NCBI GenBank assembly: GCA_965198235.1 | Contig: OZ240248.1 | Location: 2,987,412-3,051,411 of the forward strand | Length of the DNA: 64,000 bases | Origin: Candidatus Poribacteria bacterium | GTDB taxonomy: Bacteria > Poribacteria > WGA-4E > WGA-3G | Direction of reading: 5' to 3' | Shown here: piece by piece, positions 27,729 through 36,888 of the stretch | How the letters are laid out: every line of letters starts with the position of its first letter | How positions within the stretch are numbered: position 1 is the stretch's first letter | Made by a program: the position numbers and the translations under genes | The notes under the pieces: generated by a model | Databases searched by the model: none | Seen by the model: only the letters and a program-made list of their open reading frames with translations | What the model was told of the DNA's origin: nothing

Positions 27729-28691
27729 ATGAATACCAATACAAACAATATAGAAGATCGAAATATCGTAATTATTGGCGGAGGCACCGCCGGTTTTGCC
27801 GCGGGCCTCTATACCTCCCGCGCAATGCTTGAACCTATCCTGATTACAGGAGACGCACTCGGCGGACAACTCTCTTTGACGCTTGATCTGGAAAATTATC
27901 CCGGCTTCTTTGGTAACGAGGCGGGAGTTTTTATACAGGGCATGCAAGAACAGGCAGAGCGGTTCGGCACTGAGGTCAAATTCGACACCGTAACGGCGGT
28001 TGACTTTTCGCAACACCCGTTTGCTGTCACCACCTATGAGAAAGAGTACCGTGCGAAATCTGTGATTATATGCACGGGTGCATCGCCGCGCACGCTTGAT
28101 ATTCCCGGTGAAGAGGGATATGGCGGACGGGGTGTCTCCTACTGCGCGACGTGCGATGGGTTCTTCTTCCAAGATCAGCGGCTTGTTGTCGTTGGTGGGG
28201 GTGACGCGGCGTTAGAAGAGGGCATCTTCTTAACCAAATACGCCTCCGAGGTGTATATCGTCCACCGCCGTGATCAGCTCCGGGCGAGCCAGATTATGCA
28301 GGAGCGCGCCTTCAAAAACGATAAAATTAAGTTTATCTGGGACACCGTCGTTGAGGAGATCAATGGCGACGCAGAAAAAGTGACAGGTGCCACCCTCAAA
28401 AACGTTAAAACCGGTGAGACGCAACTCTTCCCGATTGACGGTGTATTTATCTTTGTTGGACATATTCCGAACACAGAACTCTTCACAGATGTCATACATA
28501 CAGATGAGCAAGGGTATATCATTGTGGACGATATGCAACGCACAAACGTAAACGGGGTCTATGCCGCGGGCGATGTCCACGATCATGTCTTCCGCCAAGC
28601 GATTACCGCCGCAGGTGCCGGTGCTGCATCCGCTATCGCCGCTGAAAAGTTCATCGCAGAATTAGAGAACCGCGCCTATCCGGGGAATTGA
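27729..28691 (+). CDS. trxB: Thioredoxin-disulfide reductase
   Basis: FAD motif IIGGGTAGFAAG, redox-active CATCDG, NADPH motif VVGGGDAALEEG, AAGDV. Confidence 0.9.
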   Translation: MNTNTNNIEDRNIVIIGGGTAGFAAGLYTSRAMLEPILITGDALGGQLSLTLDLENYPGFFGNEAGVFIQGMQEQAERFGTEVKFDTVTAVDFSQHPFAVTTYEKEYRAKSVIICTGASPRTLDIPGEEGYGGRGVSYCATCDGFFFQDQRLVVVGGGDAALEEGIFLTKYASEVYIVHRRDQLRASQIMQERAFKNDKIKFIWDTVVEEINGDAEKVTGATLKNVKTGETQLFPIDGVFIFVGHIPNTELFTDVIHTDEQGYIIVDDMQRTNVNGVYAAGDVHDHVFRQAITAAGAGAASAIAAEKFIAELENRAYPGN

Positions 28692-28707
28692 TCCGCTGAA
28701 TAGGTAA

Positions 28708-28989
28708 GCTGTAAAGAAGATTGATATTCAGTTCTTACAGACAACAGGAGAAGAGCGTTATCAACAGGGACTCCAGCAAGGAGCTGAACAAGGCGCGCTA
28801 CAAACGGCGATCAAATCCCTCTTTGGTGTCCTTGAGTTTCGGTTTGATGGACGCGCCGTTCAGGTGCTTAGGCCCGCATTAGAAAGCATCCAGGATATCC
28901 AACGTCTTGAACAATTGCATCACGAAGCTTTGCGCGTAGAAACCCTTGAGGCATTCGCCCGCACTTTGGACATGAGTGGTAATCGGTAG
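28708..28989 (+). pseudogene. Start-less C-terminal fragment resembling the DUF4351 tail of Rpn/YhgA-like PD-(D/E)xK putative transposases
   Basis: Not in ORF track (no start codon). Open frame reads ...TTGEERYQQGLQQGAEQGALQTAIKSLFGVLEFRFDGRAVQVLRPALESIQDIQRLEQLHHEALRVETLEAFARTL*. The call is from memory of the family pattern only. Confidence 0.45.
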
Positions 28990-29058
28990 GATTAATCTAC
29001 GGTCCCAATATTATTTGCAACAATTTTCACGGAATTCAACTATAAGGAAACCGTTTCA

Positions 29059-30717
29059 GTGACTGATCACACACACCCACGCCTTGCCCTCGGTTTAGAT
29101 TCAAGCACCCAAAGTCTATCTGCTGTCGTCATTGATATAGACACAGCGGAAAAATGTTTTGAACATTCGCTTGATTATCGCACCGATGCCCGTCTCAACC
29201 AATTCGGTATCGGAGAGGACTATATCTTACCGCCGAGAGAGGAAGGTGAAGCCGAACAGCCACCGTTGATGTACCTCGCCTCACTTGACGCTATGTTTAC
29301 CGACATGCGCGAGGCAGGCGTGCCACTTGAAAACATCCTCCTCATTAACACATCGGGGCAGCAACACGGGCATGTCTATCTGAACCGAGATGCAGATGCA
29401 CTTCTGGCGCAACTTGCAAGTTTCCAGAATTCCGACGAAGATACCCGCGACTTACAAATCTTGCTAAAAGATGCGTTTGCGTATCCCACTGCCCCAATCT
29501 GGATGACCGCGAATACGACTGCGCAAACTGAGGCTGTCCGAAACGGGGTCGGTGGAAAATCGGAGATGATTGACCTTTCCGGTTCGGACGCGCCGCTCCG
29601 CTTCACAGGTGCTGTCGTGCGCCGTGTTGGGGAGCGGTTTCCTGAATGCTATGCGGCAACAGCAAAAGTCCAGTTGATTAGCAGTTTTATTCCCGCAGTG
29701 CTGACCGGTAACGCTGGGGTGCCTATTGATTACGGAAACGGATGTGGGATGTCGCTTATGAACTACCGGACGAAAGTCTGGGATGCCGCATTGTTAACAG
29801 CGACCTCGGACGGCTTACTGGGCGGTGTGGAAGCACTCCAGTCGAAATTGCCCACGCTCGCACGTCCAGATTCCATTGTGAGCCGTCTCGCCGCGTATTA
29901 CATAGAGAAGTATGGCTTTGATGGTCGCTGCGCGGTGATGGCAGGTTCTGGCGACAATCCGCAGTCGAAGGTGCCTGTTGCTGGAGATTTGCTTAGCCTC
30001 GGAACCAGTTTCGTCAACATGGTATCAACCGATGGAGATACACTTGATCCAGAGGGATTTGCCAACGCAATGTATGACGGCATCAACCGTCCGTTTATGT
30101 TCGGATGTCGCACAAACGGGGCAATGGTATGGGATGCCGTGAGAAGTCATTACGGCTTGGCGAAAGAGGAATACGCCCCTGCAGAAGCCGCGTTACAGAC
30201 GGTTGCCCCTGGACAGTTTATGACGTTTTGGCAACCTAAGACTGAGTCCTTTCCAGTCTCTGGTGCGTTTGAGTTAATCCGCTCCACCGCACAATCTACA
30301 TTGGCAGAAGACTATACCGGTATCATTGAAACGAGCCTCGCCGCGGTTTACATTTACTCTGAGGTCTTTACAAAGCAGACGCAGGAACCGTTGTTTGTAA
30401 CGGGCGGCGCAACAGATAGTCCTGAAATCATGCGGCGGGTCGCAGGAATCTGGAATAGACCGACGCTTCCGGTAGAGAAAGGTGGAGCCGCACTTGGTGC
30501 CGCTGTTGCGGGGGTCAAGGCATTTTTTGACGCAGATGCCGATATGGAGGCGGAGTCTTTTGATGTTGAGGCGTTCAGTGCTGCGGTCTTGAAGCGCGGT
30601 GAATCAATCCAGCCGAACCCCGCAGACGTTGCCGCCTATCATGGTGAGCGGAAATACCTCCACCGGTTTCGGGAGAAATACGAGCAGATTATGGCAGAAC
30701 ACCTTTTAAACTATTAA
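29059..30717 (+). CDS. FGGY-family carbohydrate kinase (xylulokinase-like)
   Basis: GTG start. N-terminal LGLDSSTQSLSAVVID and a C-terminal GGA....I motif (FVTGGATDSPEIMRRVAGIW). Confidence 0.8.
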   Translation: MTDHTHPRLALGLDSSTQSLSAVVIDIDTAEKCFEHSLDYRTDARLNQFGIGEDYILPPREEGEAEQPPLMYLASLDAMFTDMREAGVPLENILLINTSGQQHGHVYLNRDADALLAQLASFQNSDEDTRDLQILLKDAFAYPTAPIWMTANTTAQTEAVRNGVGGKSEMIDLSGSDAPLRFTGAVVRRVGERFPECYAATAKVQLISSFIPAVLTGNAGVPIDYGNGCGMSLMNYRTKVWDAALLTATSDGLLGGVEALQSKLPTLARPDSIVSRLAAYYIEKYGFDGRCAVMAGSGDNPQSKVPVAGDLLSLGTSFVNMVSTDGDTLDPEGFANAMYDGINRPFMFGCRTNGAMVWDAVRSHYGLAKEEYAPAEAALQTVAPGQFMTFWQPKTESFPVSGAFELIRSTAQSTLAEDYTGIIETSLAAVYIYSEVFTKQTQEPLFVTGGATDSPEIMRRVAGIWNRPTLPVEKGGAALGAAVAGVKAFFDADADMEAESFDVEAFSAAVLKRGESIQPNPADVAAYHGERKYLHRFREKYEQIMAEHLLNY

Positions 30718-30899
30718 ATCTGGGCACCGCTCCACTACGTTTCGCGGTGGGGACTAATAAATTCCGATGCAACTGAGACGATGTACGATTCTTAAGTGCT
30801 TGTATCCGCTACCTATCATAACCCGAAGGCGGTTGGAATTAACCGAAAATCATCGTGGAACGTAGTGGAACGATGCTCGGAAGTCCATAATTAAAAAAA

Positions 30900-31391
30900 A
30901 TGAAAGAGCAATTAACGCACTTTGACGAAAAAGGCAACACGCGAATGGTGAATGTCGGTGGCAAAGACGAGACACTGCGTATTGCCATCGCTCGTGGACA
31001 TATTACTGCCCTTCCTGAAACACTCCGTCTCATCGCTGAACAAGGTATGAAGAAAGGCGATGTTTTAGAGGTCGCACGGCTTGCGGGTATCATGGCGGCA
31101 AAACGCACCGGTGAACTGATCCCGTTGTGTCATCCCCTCGCATTGACTTCGATTCGTGTTGAACTCGCCATCGCAGATGATGTGTCGCAGGTTGAAATTG
31201 AAGCGGAAGTCCAGACGGTGGGTCGTACAGGCGTAGAAATGGAAGCACTCACCGCCGTGTCAGTCGCGGCTTTGACCGTTTATGACATGTGTAAGGCAGT
31301 GGACAGGGAGATGATTATCGGTGATGTTAGGCTTGTCAAAAAAACAGGCGGTAAAAGTGGCACTTTCATACAGAAGAATAGCCGTCAGTAG
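30900..31391 (+). CDS. moaC: Cyclic pyranopterin monophosphate synthase
   Basis: [70 protein letters not shown]. Confidence 0.9.
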   Translation: MKEQLTHFDEKGNTRMVNVGGKDETLRIAIARGHITALPETLRLIAEQGMKKGDVLEVARLAGIMAAKRTGELIPLCHPLALTSIRVELAIADDVSQVEIEAEVQTVGRTGVEMEALTAVSVAALTVYDMCKAVDREMIIGDVRLVKKTGGKSGTFIQKNSRQ

Positions 31392-31605
31392 TCAGTCATT
31401 CGTTATCAGTTAAAAGAGGACTGTGATAGTCTTGTGAAAAAAGAAATGAAGAAACACCCAAGCAAAAACACACCTCTTGTGACTGAAAACTGAAAGGATT
31501 TTTTGAAAAAAATCCGCACTGACTGCTGATAACTACTCCCTCAGAGATACAAAGGACACGGTTTCCAGTTCTAATACATAGTTGCCCCAAATGAGGTATG
31601 TAGCA

Positions 31606-34600
31606 ATGAAGAAAAAAATGCGTCAGATACTCATCATAACCCTTGCAGTTTGTCTAATTTCTACAACCACCTTTGCCGCCGATTACGTCCTGATCATTGG
31701 CGGGGTTGCCGGTGAAAAATCCTTTTACGATGCATTCTGGGGTGCCACCTCTCGGTTCCATCAGCTGCTCACCAATGAATACGGCTACACACCCGACCAG
31801 ATCACTTTCCTCTTTGAGGACATGGGCGATATAGATCGGGGCGGACAAGGAGAGTTAGAACTGGTTGACACCGAATCAAATCGCGAACAGGTTTTAGCCG
31901 CATTCGATCAACTCGCCAAGACTGTGCAACCCTCAGATCGGTTTCTGCTGTTCATGCTTGGGCACGCCTCCCGTACCGGTAGGGGTAGTGCGAAGTTTAA
32001 TCTGCGGGGACGGGATATTACTGAAGCAGAGTATGTAAAGCTCATTAACAGTGTTCCTACCGAGAATCAGATTTTAATCTTCGGTTTCCCTTATAGTGCG
32101 AGGCTTGTGCCGCAACTCAGCGCATCGGGACGAATAATTCTCACCTCAAGTTCACCAAATGAAGGCTACTCGCTACAGGCAGGATTTGGCGATGTCTTTG
32201 TTGGTGCCTTCTCCACCGCAGATAACGATATAAACAGCGATGGGGACATCTCGTTGTTAGAAGCGTTTCTATCGCTACAGACACAGACGAAGGGGTGGTA
32301 TGAGAACAACGGAAGTATTCAGTCTGAACATCCCCATCTTGATGATAACGGTGATGGAAATGCCACTCGAAACCTAACGATTGACCCTGAGGTCCCACGT
32401 GTAGAACGGACAGATGATGGCGCACTCGCCGAAAAGACCTTCTTGGGAAAACGTCGTTCCGTCTTACCAAGCACACCACCTCCGCCTGAACCTGAAGTTT
32501 TCGTCGATGTGTCGCCTACTGAACCTCCCGAAGAGCACAAAAATGGAAACCCAGATGCATCGACTGTCTCTCACAACCCTGAGAATCGTCGGTCAGCACT
32601 GCCTTATGACTATATCAGCGACGCAGACGAGAAAGTAATCCAAGAAGCCATTGATACCGCCCCCGCTCAAAAGGACTATCCAGAGGATGGTGCTGTCGTT
32701 CTTTGGGAAAGCGTTGATGTTGACATCGATGAAAAGAGCCGTTATATCTATTCCACACGACGCGTCGTCAAAATCTTCAATGAAGATGGCGCGGACCTCG
32801 CTGAAGTTAGCATCCCCTATATGCGTGGAAGAGACGATGTCACTATTCATCATGCTCGAACGTTTACCCCTGATGGTAGGATTGTTAAACTTAACTTGGG
32901 CGAAGTGATCCGGGATGTTCCACCGCCGAGTGCTGTGGACGCAGGCTTATACGTCGACGCACGCTTGATGTACTTCGCACTTCCTGAAATTACCGATGGC
33001 TGCATCATAGACTACGCCTATTCCACGAACAACCTTGGGCACGTCATGCAAGGCGAATTTTGGCGCAAAGTCTATTTCCAAGGACCACAACCCGTGCAAC
33101 ACTATCGGTTCACCGTACACATTCCCAAGAAAAAGCATCTCAATTATCAGATTTCAGGCGTACCGGCTGTAGGCGGCACCTCCGGAATTCTTAATATGAA
33201 AAACGAACCGATCCCCAGTCACAGCGTAGACTTAACCGGAAACCTGCAAGTTAACCCTCCACTCGACTCCGATACAAAACAGCAAAGCACGAGTGGAGGG
33301 TTAAAACGGACGCAGCAGCCCAGAAGCAATCAATTAAAAACCTTTCTTGATATTGAACCGACAGTTACGGAGAATAACTATATCCGTACCTATACCTTTG
33401 AAGTGCAAGATGTACCTCCCTTGAAAGAGGAGTACCTGATGCCTGCTCCGCAGGATCTCGCTTATAGCATTAGCATCTCCTCGATTGATTCGTGGGATAA
33501 ATTAGTGACGTGGTATGCGACGCTCATTCGGGAACAGGATACCATTACACCAGAAATTACGAAAAAGACGGAGCAAATCCTCCGCGGTGCCTGGTCCCGA
33601 AAGGAGAAAGTGAAACGGCTTTATGAATACGTCGCGACGAACATCCAGTATCTCGGCTATGAACTCGGAATTTGGGCGATTAAGCCTTATCCAGCGGACT
33701 TCGTTCTGAAAATAGGTAAAGGGGATTGTAAGGACAAAACGACACTCCTCTCCACGATGCTTTCATCTGCAGGTATTAATTCCTATCCTGTTCTCATTTC
33801 TGCTGGCGATACGCGCGGTGTTAACGCCCACTTTCCAGATGGCGGTTCGGAAGTCGAGGCTGTCCCTTCACTCGCCTATTTCAATCACATGATTCTTGCT
33901 GTTGACGGCGGCAAAGATGATGAATTCATCTGGCTCGATCCGACAGCAGAGACGTGTGCCTTTGGTGATTTCCCTGCCGGCGACCAAGACAGATGGACGC
34001 TTATCATCAACCCGCGGTTTCTGACAGAAGATAAAGCATCTGTGGTAGAGGGTTCGGATGATGCAGCATCGGTGGATAGTATGGAAAATAGGCTCTATCT
34101 CTTTAGGAGAAGTCCTTCCTTAGATGCAACATCAAATCTGAAACGGGTTCACACCCGCGTAGAGGTGAAGAGAGATATGAGCGTCTCTGTTCGCCAAGAA
34201 TTGACGGTCACTGGGATCTTCAACATGAAACTTCGGAGTCAACTTTCACACCTTCAAACCTCTGAAGAGAAAGCGGAGTTCTTCCACAAAGCTTTGGAAT
34301 TAGACGAACGCGCCAAGGTAACGGATGTTAAAGTCTCTGGACTTTCAAAGCTGGAAGGCGAATTGAAGGTCGAACTCACGTGGACATGTAAGGAGTATTT
34401 GTACGCTATCGGCAGTCAATTTGTCCTTGAATTGCCAATCGTCAAGCACCCCTATGCGGAGTTATTGAGCGAGGAACGCCGGATGTATCCTGCTGTCATT
34501 GGCAAGGCATTATCGCTTGAAGACAAAATCAGTGTCAGCACGGAGGCTCCCTTTCGGATTGATACCGTTCCTGAGGAGCGGACGCTGCAGACCGAGGTCG

Positions 34601-34764
34601 CGGAAATTCAGATCCGCTATGCGAAATCCAAGCGCAAAGCCGAGATGCATCAAACTATCCGTTTCCTAACACCGAGGGTCACACCGAATAACATTTACCA
34701 TCTCAAAGATGTCGTCAGAATCGCCTCAAACCGAGGACCGAAACGATTCATATTGACGCAGTAG
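31606..34764 (+). CDS. Large secreted multidomain protein: C13/caspase-like N-domain, Ca-binding loops, DUF3857, transglutaminase-like core, DUF3858-like tail
   Basis: ORF 31582-34764. Signal peptide from ATG 31606. LFMLGHAS (His of a C13-like dyad), DNDINSDGDISLLE, and the transglutaminase triad context GKGDCKDKTTLLSTMLSSAGI / FNHMILAV / WLDPT. Confidence 0.75.
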   Translation: MKKKMRQILIITLAVCLISTTTFAADYVLIIGGVAGEKSFYDAFWGATSRFHQLLTNEYGYTPDQITFLFEDMGDIDRGGQGELELVDTESNREQVLAAFDQLAKTVQPSDRFLLFMLGHASRTGRGSAKFNLRGRDITEAEYVKLINSVPTENQILIFGFPYSARLVPQLSASGRIILTSSSPNEGYSLQAGFGDVFVGAFSTADNDINSDGDISLLEAFLSLQTQTKGWYENNGSIQSEHPHLDDNGDGNATRNLTIDPEVPRVERTDDGALAEKTFLGKRRSVLPSTPPPPEPEVFVDVSPTEPPEEHKNGNPDASTVSHNPENRRSALPYDYISDADEKVIQEAIDTAPAQKDYPEDGAVVLWESVDVDIDEKSRYIYSTRRVVKIFNEDGADLAEVSIPYMRGRDDVTIHHARTFTPDGRIVKLNLGEVIRDVPPPSAVDAGLYVDARLMYFALPEITDGCIIDYAYSTNNLGHVMQGEFWRKVYFQGPQPVQHYRFTVHIPKKKHLNYQISGVPAVGGTSGILNMKNEPIPSHSVDLTGNLQVNPPLDSDTKQQSTSGGLKRTQQPRSNQLKTFLDIEPTVTENNYIRTYTFEVQDVPPLKEEYLMPAPQDLAYSISISSIDSWDKLVTWYATLIREQDTITPEITKKTEQILRGAWSRKEKVKRLYEYVATNIQYLGYELGIWAIKPYPADFVLKIGKGDCKDKTTLLSTMLSSAGINSYPVLISAGDTRGVNAHFPDGGSEVEAVPSLAYFNHMILAVDGGKDDEFIWLDPTAETCAFGDFPAGDQDRWTLIINPRFLTEDKASVVEGSDDAASVDSMENRLYLFRRSPSLDATSNLKRVHTRVEVKRDMSVSVRQELTVTGIFNMKLRSQLSHLQTSEEKAEFFHKALELDERAKVTDVKVSGLSKLEGELKVELTWTCKEYLYAIGSQFVLELPIVKHPYAELLSEERRMYPAVIGKALSLEDKISVSTEAPFRIDTVPEERTLQTEVAEIQIRYAKSKRKAEMHQTIRFLTPRVTPNNIYHLKDVVRIASNRGPKRFILTQ

Positions 34765-34978
34765 CCGTCGGCTTTCGGCTATCAGCCATCAGTTGTTGAC
34801 TGCTGATGGGTTGACTGATGGTGTTCATGTCTCTGAGATGTAACCTACTTATTTTCAAGATTTACCGCGCAGATCCGCAAACCCGATTGAAACTGACCGA
34901 GAACCTGCCCGAAACATTGTCCCGCAAGCCTCTATAGGCTTGCGCAAGGAGGGCAGTCCAGGAGGCCATAATTAAAAA

Positions 34979-35986
34979 ATGCCAGCAACAGAAGAAGTTC
35001 AAGCGATAGAAGAGTTGATGAAAAGTCAAGAGTTGATTTTGGAACAACTCAAAAAGGTAATAGTTGGGCAAGAAGAAGTTATCAATCAGATGTTGATGGC
35101 ACTTTTTGCTGGAGGACACTGCTTATTAGAGGGTGTCCCAGGGCTTGCCAAAACCCTCATGATTAGAACTTTGGCAGACATTCTGAATCTCAAATTCAAG
35201 CGAATCCAGTTCACCCCGGATCTAATGCCAGCCGACATCACGGGAACCGATGTCCTTGAGGAAGACCGGACGACCGGACATCGCACGATCCGATTTATTC
35301 AGGGACCGATTTTCGCGAACATCCTCCTCGCTGATGAGATTAATCGGACACCCCCGAAGACACAAGCCGCACTCTTAGAGGCGATGCAGGAACACCACGT
35401 TACCGCGGGTGGTAACGAATTCCAGTTGGAACAGCCCTTCTTTGTGCTTGCCACACAAAACCCGATCGAGCAGGAGGGAACATATCCACTTCCAGAGGCG
35501 CAGTTAGATCGGTTCATGTTCAAAATTGTCATAGATTACCCGACAGAGACAGAGGAGACGGAAATCGTTTCGGCAACGACAGGGGCAGAGGAACCTGAGC
35601 TCGAAACAGCATTGTCCGGGGACGCGATCGTGGCACTCCATAAAATCGTGAGGCGTGTGCCTGCCGCCGACAACGTCGTGCAATACGCTGTGAAAATTGC
35701 GCGCGCAACCCGTCCAAAAGAGGAGGACGCTCCCGATTTTATCCAGCAATGGGTGCGATGGGGCGCGGGACCCCGTGCCGGGCAGTATCTCATCTTAGGC
35801 GCGAAAGCCCGCGCGATTCTACGGGGTCGCTACAATGCCTCTTGTGAAGATGTGAAGTCTGTCGCACCTTCGGTTCTACGGCATCGCGTCTTAACCAATT
35901 TCCATGCCGAAGCTGAAGGTGTTGACTCCGACACCGTCATCCAACGTCTACTCGACACAGTACAGGAACCCGCTGTAAGGCTATAG
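34979..35986 (+). CDS. MoxR-family AAA+ ATPase
   Basis: Walker A GVPGLAKT, Walker B LLADEINR, and [16 protein letters not shown]...ATQNP, typical of MoxR. Confidence 0.9.
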   Translation: MPATEEVQAIEELMKSQELILEQLKKVIVGQEEVINQMLMALFAGGHCLLEGVPGLAKTLMIRTLADILNLKFKRIQFTPDLMPADITGTDVLEEDRTTGHRTIRFIQGPIFANILLADEINRTPPKTQAALLEAMQEHHVTAGGNEFQLEQPFFVLATQNPIEQEGTYPLPEAQLDRFMFKIVIDYPTETEETEIVSATTGAEEPELETALSGDAIVALHKIVRRVPAADNVVQYAVKIARATRPKEEDAPDFIQQWVRWGAGPRAGQYLILGAKARAILRGRYNASCEDVKSVAPSVLRHRVLTNFHAEAEGVDSDTVIQRLLDTVQEPAVRL

Positions 35987-36150
35987 ACCTCATCAATATC
36001 CAGCCTCTTGTAGGAGGGATCTCCGAATCCCGATGCTTATCTATGACAAATTATCGAAAAGTGAGGTTTCCAAAGTCCTCCTGATAAGGGGCGGGGAATG
36101 CCATAAGGCATTCATACCGTTGATTCTTTAGGGGGTTGGATGCTGCATAG

Positions 36151-36888
36151 TCCTACGTAGAGGAAAACACCATACAAAAAATCTCGGTTATCATTCCAGT
36201 CCTCAATGAAGAAAACGCCATTGCCAAAGTCATCACTGATATTCCAAAGACCGTGCCGACCTTTGACGGAAAAACCGAAGCCGCGGTCCAGGAAATTATC
36301 GTCGTTGACAACGGCTGCACGGACAACACCACCGCAATCGCAAGCCGAAACGGGGCAAAGGTTATAGCTGAGCCGCGACGGGGCTATGGATCCGCTTGTC
36401 TCGCGGGAATTGCTGCGCTTACGACGACCATCCCAGATATCGTCGTTTTTCTCGACGGCGACTATAGCGACTATCCCACGGACATGTCACAACTCCTGCA
36501 ACCCATACTTGAAGGTAAAACCGACCTTGTCATCGGCGCGAGAAGTGCGGACAGCGCACGGGACGCGTTGTTACTGCAAGCGAGATTCGGCAATTGGCTC
36601 GCCTGTTTCTTGATAAAATGCTTCTATGGCGTGCGGTATACGGATTTAGGTCCCTTTCGAGCGATCCGGTATCCGCAGCTTCTCGCTCTGAACATGCAGG
36701 ACAAAACCTTCGGATGGACAGTCGAGATGCAGCTCAAAGCCGCAAAACAGGGAATCCCTGTGTGTGAAGTTCCTGTTCGCTACCGCAAGCGGATCGGCAT
36801 CTCTAAAATCACTGGCACATTCACCGGCACCCTCAAAGCAGGCTATAAGATACTCACCACTCTCATCTACCACCGATTTTTGACATAG
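36151..36888 (+). CDS. Family 2 glycosyltransferase, start codon unresolved
   Basis: The track ORF begins at GTG 36253. The conserved first strand KISVIIPVLNEENAI is encoded upstream in frame (36178-36222). There is no ATG/GTG/TTG between the stop at 36148 and 36253. Also VVDNGCTDNT and the DXD motif DGDYSD. Confidence 0.7.
   Translation, partial: SYVEENTIQKISVIIPVLNEENAIAKVITDIPKTVPTFDGKTEAAVQEIIVVDNGCTDNTTAIASRNGAKVIAEPRRGYGSACLAGIAALTTTIPDIVVFLDGDYSDYPTDMSQLLQPILEGKTDLVIGARSADSARDALLLQARFGNWLACFLIKCFYGVRYTDLGPFRAIRYPQLLALNMQDKTFGWTVEMQLKAAKQGIPVCEVPVRYRKRIGISKITGTFTGTLKAGYKILTTLIYHRFLT

Noticed and set aside
27510-28172. 220-aa minus-strand ORF spanning the Ldh_2/trxB junction
   Set aside because: It overlaps two well-supported plus-strand genes and the repeat-containing spacer between them. 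It has no recognisable motifs.
34979-36888. MoxR-centred ternary conflict system (vWA-MoxR associated)
   Set aside because: No vWA, DUF58 or effector-associated genes follow MoxR. The downstream gene is an ordinary GT2 enzyme separated from it by repeat debris.
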